A stretch of DNA of 64,000 nt from an uncultured Bacillota bacterium (GTDB lineage: Bacteria; Bacillota_I; Bacilli_A; RFN20; CAG-826), in assembly GCA_949289845.1 (NCBI GenBank), contig CASEPN010000003.1:11154-75153 (forward strand). The letters are read 5' to 3'. Positions 1-9,400 of this stretch are shown here, piece by piece; position 1 is the first letter of the stretch, and every line of letters begins with the position of its first letter. Under the pieces are notes generated by a model. The model did no database searches, was not told the DNA's origin, and saw only the letters and a program-made list of their open reading frames with translations. The position numbers and the translations under genes are program-made.

Positions 1-1008
1 TTCTATAACTTCGCGACGATCCTCCTCGAGGAGGACCTCGTCCTTGACGAGGACTTCGAGGCGTACGTGCGCTACGACGTCGACCCCGGGAAGGCCGGCG
101 TCATCGCCAACAACCTCCTCTACTCCCTGAACTCGGGAGCATTCTCCCTTCCCCAGGAAGCCTACTTCCGGGTGGACGGAGGAAAGTTCACTTCCTTCTC
201 GCTCGTCCTTTCCCCCATCACGAGTATCGACTCCCTCACCGGGGCCGCCTCCCTCATCTCCAACCGCGCGACCTTTTATATCGAAAGCCTCGGGGAGAGG
301 ACGATCGAACATCTTTCCCCTCTTGAGGAGGATGCGGACGCGAAGAGGGTGGGAGACGCCTTCTCCACCCTCGAGGGCCAGAGCTTCACGATGAGGGTCG
401 AGGACAAGAGGACGGAGCAGAACCTCGCCGACAAGACCTCTGCTGATGTCGAGGAGACGATGGAGTACTCCTTCACCGGAAGGGAGCTCTACGTCCACGA
501 CGTCACCAAGACCGGGCTCCCCGGCCCGGTGTTCGAGGACGACTACTACCTCGCGCCTCGCTCGGAGATGGATCCGAGCCTATATCCCTACGCCTACGAC
601 TCCGAGTCCGGCGAATGGGTCATCCATGAGGAAGGCATCTACAATGACGACGGGAGCTCTCCCTTCCCCGCCGGCTACTGCGGGGCCTATGTCTACGATG
701 ACCTCCTCCCGACGATCGCCGGGGTCTCCGGCGCCTTCTTCGAGAAGGTCGGGGAGGAATATGTGTCCAAGGAAGGCTACGCCTCCCTGCTCACCGACTG
801 CTTCCACATCGACAGGAGGCCATTCGCGATCGACGGGATGGACGGGCTCGAGGAAGTCCGGGTTACCCTCGGCGAGGATGGAGGCATTGAAAAGATCGTC
901 CTCTCCTACGGGCTCCTTGACGGCATCATGGGGACCTATGTCTCGGGCGAGGCGACGATCACATTCTCCGGCGTCGGGTCGACCACACTTGAGGGCCTGA
1001 TCGGGTGA
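1..1008 (+). CDS. Acidic surface (lipo)protein, 5'-truncated; member of the two-domain lipoprotein family described in findings
   Basis: Frame +1 is open from base 1 (FYNFATILLEED...) through the listed GTG at 67 to TGA at 1008, so the true start lies upstream of the window. Shares domain-closing motifs YIESLGERTI and FSGVGSTTL with paralogues. Confidence 0.75.
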   Translation, partial: FYNFATILLEEDLVLDEDFEAYVRYDVDPGKAGVIANNLLYSLNSGAFSLPQEAYFRVDGGKFTSFSLVLSPITSIDSLTGAASLISNRATFYIESLGERTIEHLSPLEEDADAKRVGDAFSTLEGQSFTMRVEDKRTEQNLADKTSADVEETMEYSFTGRELYVHDVTKTGLPGPVFEDDYYLAPRSEMDPSLYPYAYDSESGEWVIHEEGIYNDDGSSPFPAGYCGAYVYDDLLPTIAGVSGAFFEKVGEEYVSKEGYASLLTDCFHIDRRPFAIDGMDGLEEVRVTLGEDGGIEKIVLSYGLLDGIMGTYVSGEATITFSGVGSTTLEGLIG

Positions 1009-2774
1009 GGAAGGCCTTCCTGCTCCTGGCCCTGATCGGGTCGGCTTCGCTTCTTGCCTCCTGCGGGAACGGGGAGGAGGGTTCCTCCTCCCTGTCCCAA
1101 GGCCCCTCCTCTTCCTCGGAGGCTGAGGAGTCCTTCTCCTTGAAGATCGCCATCCTCGAGGGAGAGGGGATAATCCGCCTCTTCAAGGACGGGAACGAAG
1201 TGACTGAGGACAACTTCGCCTCGCTTGTGTCCCCGGGGGACACCGTGACGGTGGAGGCCCGTCCTGGGAAAGGGGAGCACCTCCTTTCCTTGACCTTGGA
1301 CGGGGATCCCCTTTCCCCGAGCGGCCGCTACTACACCTTCCTTGCCAAGGAGGGGGAGAACCTCCTCGAGGCAAGGTTCGCCCTCCTGGAGACGGACCCA
1401 ACCGACTTCACTTTCCGCGTAAAGGAGGACGGAACTGCAGAGATTCTTTCTTATGCGGCACCGGTCGACCTTCCCTCCCCCGTCCTCATCCCGGACGAGG
1501 TCCTTTCCTCCGGGGAGATGATCCCGGTGACGAGCCTCGGGGAAGGGGTGTTCCGGAACCTCGCGGTCGACTCCGTGAAGCTTGGGAAGAACGTCTCCTC
1601 CCTCACGGGGGATTCCTTCCTTGACGCGGGGTCGCTGGAGGAGATCCTCGTCGACGAGGAAAACCCCTCCTTCTCCTCGCTGGACGGCGTGCTTTTCCAA
1701 GGGGAGGACCTGGTTCGCTATCCGATCGCGAAGGAGGGCGAGGAGTACGTGGTCCCCTCGGGGACCAGGAACGTCCTCGCGCACGCCTTCGAGGATGTCG
1801 GGGGCCTTGCGCGCGTCACGCTTCCGGAAGGGGTGCTCTCCCTCGGGGAGGAGTGCTTCGCCTCCGCGAGAGGCCTCCGGGAGATCTCCTTCCCGGAAGG
1901 GCTCCAAAGCATCGGGGACATGGCCTTCTCCTACACGTCCTCGCTTGAGGAGGTCGTCCTTCCCGAGGGTCTTCTGACCCTTGGGGAAGGCTCCTTCTAC
2001 TCGACGGCCGCGAAGAAGGCCAGCTTCCCTTCCACCCTCAAGGAGATCGGGAGCCGTTCCTTCTATTTCGCGAGGAGCCTCCGCGAGATCGATCTCGCGG
2101 AAGGGCTGGAGACCATCGGGGAAGAGGCCTTCATCTCCACCCCGCTCGCCTCCTTGTCCTGCCCTTCCAGCCTTCTTCGGATTGAGAAGTCCGCCTTCGA
2201 GCTCTGCTCCTCCCTGACTTCGCTTTCCTTGAACGAGGGGCTCCTCTATATCGGGGACGTCGCCTTCGGGCGGGCGAACTACATCGCCTCCGTCCACCTT
2301 CCGAGCACTCTTGAAGAAGTCGGCATCAATCCGTTCCAGGGGGTGACCACCCTCGGGCGCGAGGGAACCTTCACCATCGAGGAGGACAACCCCTATCTTG
2401 AGATCAGGGACGGGGTCCTCTACTCGAAGGGGGAGGAGCCAGCCCTTCTCATCTATCCCTACGCGCTTTCCGAGGACTCCTTCCTCATCCCGGAGGGAGT
2501 CTCCTCCCTCGCGCAGGATTCCTTCTGCTACCAGAGCTTCCTCAAGGAAGTCACGATCCCCAGGAGCGTGACGTCCATCCATGGAGCGTTCCGCTCGATG
2601 TACCTAGAGGCTTCCGGCGGGAGCGAAGGGAACGCGCTCAGGGTCAACTTTCTGGGCACGATGGAGGAATGGGCCTCCATCGATCTCCACGGTTCCTCCG
2701 GGGAGTGGCACGAGGACACCTCGATCGAGGGCGCCCTCGTCCATTGCTCGGACGGGGACGTCCTGGTGGCCTAA
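1005..2774 (+). CDS. BspA-type leucine-rich-repeat (LRR_5) surface lipoprotein with an N-terminal divergent InlB-B-like repeat
   Basis: Lipobox LLASC followed by a Ser-rich linker. Repeats of the form LxxVxLPEGLxxIGxxAF. GTGA overlap with the upstream stop. Confidence 0.88.
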   Translation: MRKAFLLLALIGSASLLASCGNGEEGSSSLSQGPSSSSEAEESFSLKIAILEGEGIIRLFKDGNEVTEDNFASLVSPGDTVTVEARPGKGEHLLSLTLDGDPLSPSGRYYTFLAKEGENLLEARFALLETDPTDFTFRVKEDGTAEILSYAAPVDLPSPVLIPDEVLSSGEMIPVTSLGEGVFRNLAVDSVKLGKNVSSLTGDSFLDAGSLEEILVDEENPSFSSLDGVLFQGEDLVRYPIAKEGEEYVVPSGTRNVLAHAFEDVGGLARVTLPEGVLSLGEECFASARGLREISFPEGLQSIGDMAFSYTSSLEEVVLPEGLLTLGEGSFYSTAAKKASFPSTLKEIGSRSFYFARSLREIDLAEGLETIGEEAFISTPLASLSCPSSLLRIEKSAFELCSSLTSLSLNEGLLYIGDVAFGRANYIASVHLPSTLEEVGINPFQGVTTLGREGTFTIEEDNPYLEIRDGVLYSKGEEPALLIYPYALSEDSFLIPEGVSSLAQDSFCYQSFLKEVTIPRSVTSIHGAFRSMYLEASGGSEGNALRVNFLGTMEEWASIDLHGSSGEWHEDTSIEGALVHCSDGDVLVA

Positions 2775-2792
2775 AGCCCGACCTCTACCAAT

Positions 2793-2819
2793 AGGCGCGT
2801 CTTCAAGGCGCGCCTTTTT
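2793..2819 (+). terminator. Rho-independent terminator of the LRR gene
   Basis: AGGCGCG-loop-CGCGCCT stem followed by a T-run. Confidence 0.75.
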
Positions 2820-2948
2820 CACTGCAAGGAAGGGCTTTTCCGTTGGTTTTTCCCTATAGCCCCCTTTTCTCATTCGAAACGCCTCCTCCTCTGGCCTTCA
2901 GGCTGCGGAAAGTAGGAAAACATCCGCAAGACGGTAGGATTTCCTACG

Positions 2949-2979
2949 AAAAAAGGGGAGCGCAAGGCTCCCCCCTTTT
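2949..2979. terminator. Bidirectional intrinsic terminator (ends the DUF362 gene)
   Basis: A6-GGGGAGC-gcaa-GGCTCCCC-T4. Confidence 0.75.
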
Positions 2980-2987
2980 CGCCAAGG

Positions 2988-3989
2988 CTACTTCCCGAAA
3001 GGCCTTAGCCCGACGATGCAGTCCTTGGGATAGATGCGCCTCTCCCCGTTATCGAGGTCGATCAGCACGTAGCGGTCGTTCCCCATGCCGAGCTCCTTCA
3101 TGTAGCTGAGCTGGCGATGCCCGTGGCGGGACTCGATCCTTTCCACGAGGTCGTGGTGCTCCTCCTCCTTCATCGCGTAGACGATGTCGACGCATGCCTG
3201 GTCGATCGCGAGGATGTCGAGGGAGGCGAGGATCCCGACGTCAGGGGTGACGACCGGCGCGGCGTTCACTCCCTCGCAGTCGCAGCTCACCGACATGTTC
3301 CTCATCACGTTGACGTAGGAGATGCGCGGAGCGAAATGGTCGAGGGTGGCCTTCGTGGACTCCGTCATCCTTTCCATGAACTCCTCGTCGCTGATGTCCC
3401 ACTGGTCGCTTTGCCCCGGGGTGGTGTGGATCATGGCCTTCCCGAGCCTGCCGTCGGCCATGCCGATGCCGAGGTTCTTGTTGGAGCCGCCGAAGCCGCC
3501 CTTGCTATGGCCCTTGAAGTGGGTGAGGGCGAGGAGGGAGTCGTAGCGGTCCACGTGTGCCCCGAGGCACATATGGTCGAACCATTTGCCTCCGTGGACG
3601 GGGTATTCCTTCGCCCCGTCCTCGTCGAGGATGTCCACCTCGGCGAAGTCGGCCCAGCCGTTTACCTTCAGGGTTTCCCTATGGCGTTCCGTCGTGTAGC
3701 GCGGGCCGTCGTAGTAGGAGTTCGTCTCGACGATCGTGGCTTCTGGCAGCTCCTTCTCCAGGAGCTCCTTCACCCAGGGCCGCGGGATGATGTTCGGCCC
3801 GTGGGGCTCGCCGGTGTGGAGCTTGACCGCGATCTTCCCGACGAGGGGCTCCCTTACCTTGAGGAAGGCCTTCCTCAGCCCTTCCGCGGATAGGTCGCGG
3901 GTGAAGTAGACGATCGACTCGGAGCCGGTCCTTTCCTCATAAGGGACATAATGGTCCCCGCCCGTCCCGGGAATGATCTTCTCGCTCAT
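2988..3989 (-). CDS. DUF362-family putative Fe-S protein
   Basis: KLHTGE, ETN, HFKGH..GGFGG..KNLGIG, SVSCDC, GILASLD..AIDQAC motifs. SD AAGGAGG upstream. Confidence 0.8.
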   Translation of the reverse strand: MSEKIIPGTGGDHYVPYEERTGSESIVYFTRDLSAEGLRKAFLKVREPLVGKIAVKLHTGEPHGPNIIPRPWVKELLEKELPEATIVETNSYYDGPRYTTERHRETLKVNGWADFAEVDILDEDGAKEYPVHGGKWFDHMCLGAHVDRYDSLLALTHFKGHSKGGFGGSNKNLGIGMADGRLGKAMIHTTPGQSDQWDISDEEFMERMTESTKATLDHFAPRISYVNVMRNMSVSCDCEGVNAAPVVTPDVGILASLDILAIDQACVDIVYAMKEEEHHDLVERIESRHGHRQLSYMKELGMGNDRYVLIDLDNGERRIYPKDCIVGLRPFGK

Positions 3990-4072
3990 CGGATGCCTCC
4001 TTCTTTGTCCAGGAAAATTCTCATGTCGCGCTTCTTTGTTGTAAAGGGAGGGGCAGGATTCCCCTTCTGCTT

Positions 4073-4078
4073 TATAGT
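4073..4078 (+). promoter_or_regulatory. -10 box 6 nt before the sbcD start (putative leaderless promoter)
   Basis: TATAGT at 4073-4078, GTG start at 4085, no SD in between. Confidence 0.5.
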
Positions 4079-4084
4079 GTAGCC

Positions 4085-5233
4085 GTGAAGTTCCTCCATC
4101 TAAGCGACCTCCACCTTGGGAAGAGGCTCCGGGAGTACGACCTTCTCGAGGATGCCTCCTTCATGCTCCAGGAGGCGCTTTCGCTTGCGAAGAGGGAGGC
4201 GCTCGACGCAATCCTTGTCGCGGGGGACGTCTACGACACGGGCGCGCCATCCGGGGCGGCCCAGAAGGTCCTGGGGACCTTTCTCGCCGACTGCGCGGAG
4301 GCTAGGATCCCCGTCCTTATGATCGCGGGGAACCACGATTCCTCGGACCGGCTTTCCTACCTTTCGGAGTTCGCCCGGAGGGGAGGGGTCCATATCGCCA
4401 CGGAGGCGAAGGACGTCCTCGCTCCAGTTTCAATCAAAGGGGTGGATTTCCATCTCCTTCCCTACCAAAGCAGGGCGTCCCTCTCCCTTGCCCTAGGGAA
4501 GGAGTTCTCCTCCCTCGGGGAAGGGATCTCTTCTCTCTTCTCTCTTCTTCCGGAGAAGAAGGGCCCGAGGGTACTCATTGCCCACCAGCTGGTGCTTCCT
4601 TCCTCCGGGAAGCCTCTGGTCCCCGGGGGGTCGGAGACGGCCCTTCCCCTTGTCGCGGGGGAGGATGGCTACGAGGTCGGGGGGACGGGGAACCTTCCCC
4701 TTTCCCTTTTCGATGGGTTCGACTATCTCGCCCTCGGGCACATCCACAAGAGGACGAAGGTGTGCTCCCATGGCTATTACCCAGGCGCTCCCTTTAAGTT
4801 CGAGAGGGACGAGGCGGGGCAGGAGAGGGACTTTCTCGTCGTGGAGATCGACGGGGAGGGAAAGGCCTCGGTCCGATTTTTTCCCTGGAAGCCGCTCCAC
4901 GACGTCGTCCTCCTTCAGGGCACCCTTGAGGAAATCCTTTCTACGGAAGGCCATGAGGGGGACTACGTGTTCGCCCTTCTCGAGGACAGGGAAAGGGTCG
5001 AGGAGCCGATGCGGAGGCTGAAGGCTCGGTTTCCTCTGGCAGCCTGGGTGGGCTACCGGAGGATGGAAGGGCGTGCCCTCCTTTCTTCCCCGAAGGCCGG
5101 GGAAAGGAAAGAGCCCCTCCTTCTTTTCGAGGAGTTCCACAAGGCGATGCTCGGGAAGGAGATGGGCGAGGAGGAGAGGGAGTACGCGAAGGCAGTGTTC
5201 CATGAGGCGACCGGGGAGGGGGACAGGGAATGA
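4085..5233 (+). CDS. sbcD: SbcD/Mre11 nuclease subunit
   Basis: Metallophosphoesterase motifs DLHLG, GDVYD, GNHD, GHIH. ATGA overlap with sbcC. Confidence 0.95.
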   Translation: MKFLHLSDLHLGKRLREYDLLEDASFMLQEALSLAKREALDAILVAGDVYDTGAPSGAAQKVLGTFLADCAEARIPVLMIAGNHDSSDRLSYLSEFARRGGVHIATEAKDVLAPVSIKGVDFHLLPYQSRASLSLALGKEFSSLGEGISSLFSLLPEKKGPRVLIAHQLVLPSSGKPLVPGGSETALPLVAGEDGYEVGGTGNLPLSLFDGFDYLALGHIHKRTKVCSHGYYPGAPFKFERDEAGQERDFLVVEIDGEGKASVRFFPWKPLHDVVLLQGTLEEILSTEGHEGDYVFALLEDRERVEEPMRRLKARFPLAAWVGYRRMEGRALLSSPKAGERKEPLLLFEEFHKAMLGKEMGEEEREYAKAVFHEATGEGDRE

Positions 5234-8200
5234 AGCCGCTTCTTCTGGAATTCCAGGCCTTCGAGTCCTACGCGGGGAAGGTGACGATCGACTTCAGGAT
5301 GTTCGAGGGCTCGCTTTTCCTCATCGAAGGACCCACCGGGGCGGGGAAGACGACGATCTTCGACGCGATCTCCTATGCCCTTTACGGGGAAAGCGCGAGC
5401 GGCGACCGTCCGAAGGAAAACCTCGTGAGCGATTTCCGCGAGGACTACGCGGAGTGCTACGTGTCGCTGACCTTCCTCGCGAACGGGAAGGAATACGTCA
5501 TCCGGAGGAGCCCTCCCCAGGAGGCGCTTCTTAAGAGGAAGTCCAGGGACGGCGCGCGAACGACCAAGGTCGAGGGGGAGAAGGTCCTCCTTGTCTCCTC
5601 TTCGGAAGGGAAGTCTTGGGAGAGGCTCCGGGAGGCGAACGCGAAAATCGTCGAGATCCTCGGCCTCACGAAGGATGAGTTCTCGAAGACCACCCTCATC
5701 GCACAGAACCTCTTCGGGAAGCTCGTGCAGGCGAACACGGATGAGCGAAGGAAGATCCTCCGGAGCCTGCTCGGGACGCTTCCCCTCGTGAAGTTCCAGG
5801 ACCTTCTGAAGGAGAAGGCGGACGCCCTCGAGGAAGAGCTCCGCGCGATCCGCGAGGACTTCGCGAGGGAGTTCGGGCGTCTTCTTGCCAACGAAGGGTC
5901 CTTCGCCCCTCTTGCGGAGGCCTACGGGAAGGAAGGATCCCTTCCTCCGGAGCTCGACATGAAGAACGCGCTTGCGCTTCTTTCCTCGTGCCTAGGGGAA
6001 GAGGAGAAGGGGATCAAGGAAGAAGAGGGGTCGCTTTTCGAGATGGAGGAGGGACAAAGCAAGAAGGAAAAGGCCCTCCATGCCTTCCGGGAAGAGGAGA
6101 ACAATCGGCGACTATATGAAGAGGCGGCGCAAACTCTCGCCGTCCTGAAGGAGAGGGAAGAGGAGATGAAGGAGGAGCGGGCCCTCCTTGAAAAACTTTC
6201 CCTCGTCGCGGACATCCTTGCGCGCGGAAAGGAGGTCTCTTCCCTCGGGGAGTCCATTCGCAAGACCGAGGAAAGGATCCAGAGGATCGAATCCGAAGAA
6301 CTCCCCTCCCTTGAAAAGGCGATCAGGGAGAAAGATGAGGAGGCGGAGAACGTCCCTCTCTGGCAGAAGCAAAAGGAGGAACTTGCCGTCCAAGTCACTC
6401 AGACGGACCTCTTGCTCAAGGATCTGGAGGAACTCAGGGAAGCGGCCTCCTCCTTGGCTAAGGCAAAAGAAAGCCTCGCGGCCAAGGAAGGGGAAATCCT
6501 GCAGAAAGCCAAGCAAATTTCCAATATCAAGGAACGCGTTCTGTCGCTTAGGAAGAAGCATGAAGGCTCTACCCTCGCCCTGGCTCTCCAAAAGGAGGGG
6601 CAGGCCCTTTCCTTTCTGTTGGAGAAGAAAAGGGAGCTCGATGGCCTGGAGGAATCGCTCCATTCGCTCCGAAAGATGGAATCCTCTCTGGACAAGGAGC
6701 GCGCCTCCTGCGCTTCCCTCAAGCAAAAGGCCCAGGCGCGTCATGATGAGTATGAAAGGCTTTATCGGAGTCATGTCGCCCAGCTTTCCTCCGCCCTCGC
6801 CCTTGGGCTGAAGGATGGGTCTCCCTGCCCCGTCTGCGGATCTCTCGACCACCCATGCCCTGCGAAGGGGAAGGGGGAAGCCATCTCCGAGGAAACCCTC
6901 GAGGAAGCGAAGAAAGCCATGGAGGAGGCCGACGAATCTCTCAAGGAGGCCCTCTCTTCCCTCGCTTCCTCCCAGGCGAAGGCAGAATCCGAACGGAAGG
7001 CACTTGAGGGTAAGCTCCTGTCCCTTTCCGGCAAGCCGTCCTTGTCCTGCGGTCTCGAGGAGGAACTGAAGGAAGCCCTGTCCTCCCTTCTCCTGGAGAT
7101 CGATGGATCAGAGGGAAGGATCGCTGTCCTTAAGAAGCAAAAGGAAACGGAAGAAGCAGAGCTTGCGGAGGCTAGGCGTCTCGAAGACTCCCTCCCGGGA
7201 GAAGAGAGCGTCCTTGAGGAACTCAAAAAGGAAAGCGCCGCCCTCCAGGCCGAAGCGGCCAGGCTTGAAGAGAAGGCGTCGGAACTTGAGAAACGGACAG
7301 GCGGCAAGGACAAGGACGCCCTCCGGACGGAAAAGGAAGAGGCGGAGAAAAGGAAGAAGGAGCTCGAGGACAGGATCGCTTCCTTGGCGAACGAACACGC
7401 GGAGCTCCAGAAAAGGAAGGCCGCGCTTGAGGGTGAACGGAAGAGCGCCAAGGACACTCTCCCCGGGCTGAAAGGAAGCCTTGAGAGGTTGAAGGCCGCT
7501 CTCCAGGCCTTGCTTGAGAAAGGGAACTTCTCTTCCTTGGAGGAGGCGAAGGAGCACGAAGGCGAAGACCTCGCGGGCAGGAAGACGGCCGTGGAGAAAT
7601 ACTTCAGAGACCTGGGAAACAAAGAAGCGATCGTCTCCAACTTCAAGGTGCTTGGCTACGACAGGCTGGTCCCAAGGGAACTGGCTCCCTTGGAAGAGGA
7701 ACTGGCCGCCCTCCAGGAACAGTGCCGCCTCTTGAGGGATGCGTTGGCAACAAGGAAGGCAATCTTCCAGCAAGCACAGGAATCGGAACGGCGGCTCAAG
7801 GACACTTTCTCCTCTTCCGACGGGAAGGCGGAGGAACTGCTCCGGCGGAGGGAACTGTCGGACCTCGCCCGCGGAAAGCTGGTGGGCCGCCCCCGGACCG
7901 ACTTCGAGACCTATTTCCAAGCCCAGGTGTTCCAGGAGATCTGCGCGCTTGCGTCCGACAGGCTTTCCCGCATGAGCGGCGGCTCCTACCAGCTGCTGGC
8001 CCACGATTTCTCCAAGGACGACGAGTCGGAGTCCCATGCGCTGGACATCGACGTCTATGACGTGGCGACGGGGAAGATCCGCCCGATCCGCACCCTCTCG
8101 GGCGGGGAGTCCTTCAAGGCCGCCCTGGCGTTAGCGCTTTCCTTCGCCGAGAAGATCGCCAGCGAGGCCGGAGCAAGGGAGATGGACTGCCTCTTCGTGG

Positions 8201-8388
8201 ACGAAGGGTTCGGGACGCTTGACCCGGCATCCCTCGACTCCGTGGTGAACACCCTCATGTCCCTTTCGTCGCAAGGAGACAGGATGGTGGGGATCATCTC
8301 GCACGTAGAGGCCTTGAAAGGCTCGATCGAGAAGAAGATCAGTGTTCGGAAGGACCAGAACGGGAGCCGTCTCTTTATCCAAGACTAG
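5230..8388 (+). CDS. sbcC: SbcC/Rad50 SMC-like ATPase
   Basis: Walker A GPTGAGKT, long coiled coils, zinc hook CPVCG, signature LSGGE, Walker B FVDEGFGTLD. Confidence 0.95.
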   Translation: MKPLLLEFQAFESYAGKVTIDFRMFEGSLFLIEGPTGAGKTTIFDAISYALYGESASGDRPKENLVSDFREDYAECYVSLTFLANGKEYVIRRSPPQEALLKRKSRDGARTTKVEGEKVLLVSSSEGKSWERLREANAKIVEILGLTKDEFSKTTLIAQNLFGKLVQANTDERRKILRSLLGTLPLVKFQDLLKEKADALEEELRAIREDFAREFGRLLANEGSFAPLAEAYGKEGSLPPELDMKNALALLSSCLGEEEKGIKEEEGSLFEMEEGQSKKEKALHAFREEENNRRLYEEAAQTLAVLKEREEEMKEERALLEKLSLVADILARGKEVSSLGESIRKTEERIQRIESEELPSLEKAIREKDEEAENVPLWQKQKEELAVQVTQTDLLLKDLEELREAASSLAKAKESLAAKEGEILQKAKQISNIKERVLSLRKKHEGSTLALALQKEGQALSFLLEKKRELDGLEESLHSLRKMESSLDKERASCASLKQKAQARHDEYERLYRSHVAQLSSALALGLKDGSPCPVCGSLDHPCPAKGKGEAISEETLEEAKKAMEEADESLKEALSSLASSQAKAESERKALEGKLLSLSGKPSLSCGLEEELKEALSSLLLEIDGSEGRIAVLKKQKETEEAELAEARRLEDSLPGEESVLEELKKESAALQAEAARLEEKASELEKRTGGKDKDALRTEKEEAEKRKKELEDRIASLANEHAELQKRKAALEGERKSAKDTLPGLKGSLERLKAALQALLEKGNFSSLEEAKEHEGEDLAGRKTAVEKYFRDLGNKEAIVSNFKVLGYDRLVPRELAPLEEELAALQEQCRLLRDALATRKAIFQQAQESERRLKDTFSSSDGKAEELLRRRELSDLARGKLVGRPRTDFETYFQAQVFQEICALASDRLSRMSGGSYQLLAHDFSKDDESESHALDIDVYDVATGKIRPIRTLSGGESFKAALALALSFAEKIASEAGAREMDCLFVDEGFGTLDPASLDSVVNTLMSLSSQGDRMVGIISHVEALKGSIEKKISVRKDQNGSRLFIQD

Positions 8389-8449
8389 GCATCTCCCTAC
8401 CTTTTGCTGGAAACGATTCACCTCATAACCGAACAGACAGAACTCATCG

Positions 8450-8478
8450 TTGCGTTTCCATCACTGGATGAGTAGAGT
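8450..8478 (+). promoter_or_regulatory. Sigma-A-type promoter of rpmE
   Basis: TTGCGT - 17 bp - TAGAGT. Confidence 0.55.
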
Positions 8479-8482
8479 AGCC

Positions 8483-8521
8483 CCGCTCTCTTTGCGGCGA
8501 TGGTCCGCAAGGCGGAAGGAG
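8483..8521 (+). ncRNA. Possible L31 ribosomal leader (structured 5' UTR)
   Basis: Nested stems CCGC/GCGG and TTGCGG/CCGCAA directly abutting the SD (GGCGGAAGGAG). No covariance model was run. Confidence 0.3.
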
Positions 8522-8529
8522 TTATCAAG

Positions 8530-8739
8530 ATGAAAAAAGGAATCCACCCGGCCTACCACAAGTGCACGGTGACCTGCGTCACCTGCGGGGCCACCTTCGA
8601 GACGGGCTCGGTGCTCGACGAGATCAAGGTCGACACCTGCTCGAACTGCCACCCTTTCTACACTGGGAAGCAGCGCGCGGTCCAGGCCGACGGCGTCATC
8701 GACAAGTTCAACAGGAAGCTCGCTAGGGCGAAGAAGTAG
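8530..8739 (+). CDS. rpmE: 50S ribosomal protein L31 (zinc-binding type)
   Basis: MKKGIHPAY..C.CG...CSNCHPFYTG. The start is reassigned to ATG 8530 behind AAGGAG. Confidence 0.97.
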   Translation: MKKGIHPAYHKCTVTCVTCGATFETGSVLDEIKVDTCSNCHPFYTGKQRAVQADGVIDKFNRKLARAKK

Positions 8740-8748
8740 TCGTTTTTC

Positions 8749-8776
8749 AAAAGGCTCGCTTCGGTAAGCCTTTTTT
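8749..8776 (+). terminator. Intrinsic terminator after rpmE
   Basis: AAAAGGC...GCCTTTTTT. Confidence 0.7.
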
Positions 8777-8790
8777 CGTAGGTCCACAGC

Positions 8791-9264
8791 ATGATCAGGA
8801 AGAAGATCGTTCCTCTGGCGCTTTGCTTGGGCGCCCTTCTTTCCTCATGCGGGAAGAGCGCGGTCGACGCGGGCGTCTATTTGACACCCGCGGAGATGTC
8901 CTCGGCCAACGACTGGATGGTGCGCTACGAGGGGAGGCTGACCTTCTCGCCCATCACCCTCGAGCAGTACGAGGCGCGGGGAGGGGAGAACACCCTTCTT
9001 TCCGCTTCGGGGGAGAGGGCCTATCTCTTAAAGCTGACCCTTACGGACATCGAGGACGAGTCCTCCTACCAGGGGACGTTCTACGATCTTGCCTATAGTG
9101 AGGTCACAAGCTCCTATAACGGCACCCTCGTCTCCGACGTGCTCTTCGAGTCCGAGGAGCCTCGTCCCGTCAGCCTTCACTTCCGGCAGGACTCGGGGAA
9201 GGCGAACATTCTTCTCAGGGATGAGTACTACGGGGAGTACCTCTTTGTCTTCGTGAGGGTGTAG
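8791..9264 (+). CDS. Hypothetical lipoprotein
   Basis: Basic N-terminus, hydrophobic core and lipobox LLSSC; host-like codon usage. Confidence 0.75.
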   Translation: MIRKKIVPLALCLGALLSSCGKSAVDAGVYLTPAEMSSANDWMVRYEGRLTFSPITLEQYEARGGENTLLSASGERAYLLKLTLTDIEDESSYQGTFYDLAYSEVTSSYNGTLVSDVLFESEEPRPVSLHFRQDSGKANILLRDEYYGEYLFVFVRV

Positions 9265-9400
9265 CCAATCTTGTTCTTATAACACGACAACGAGAAATTG
9301 TTCCATTTTATTTTGTTTACTTTAGGCCTTTTATAATCCCTCTTATTTTCTTATTGATTTGCGCTCGAAGCTGTGGTTTTAGTGAATCAAGGAGAAGGGT

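Noticed and set aside
2604-2873. 89-aa minus-strand ORF with a strong AGGAGGAGG SD
   Set aside because: It reads through a terminator hairpin and overlaps the LRR gene antisense by 170 nt; no recognisable motif and no promoter found.
4085-8388. SbcCD as a possible defence or SMC-type anti-plasmid system
   Set aside because: Canonical SbcC/SbcD motifs and no Jet/Mks or other accessory genes; ordinary DNA repair.
8407-8421. TGGAAACGATTCAC cre-like sequence upstream of rpmE
   Set aside because: Weak right half-site and unlikely context; not counted in the regulon.
8500-8529. Upstream start for rpmE (and long upstream starts listed for metG 11448, rlmD 13181, MATE 16600, esterase 28292, 30694, 36265, 36575, 46727, 46775, 47367)
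   Set aside because: The downstream ATGs match family N-termini or lipoprotein signal peptides and have an SD or -10 box; the extensions overlap neighbouring genes or terminators.
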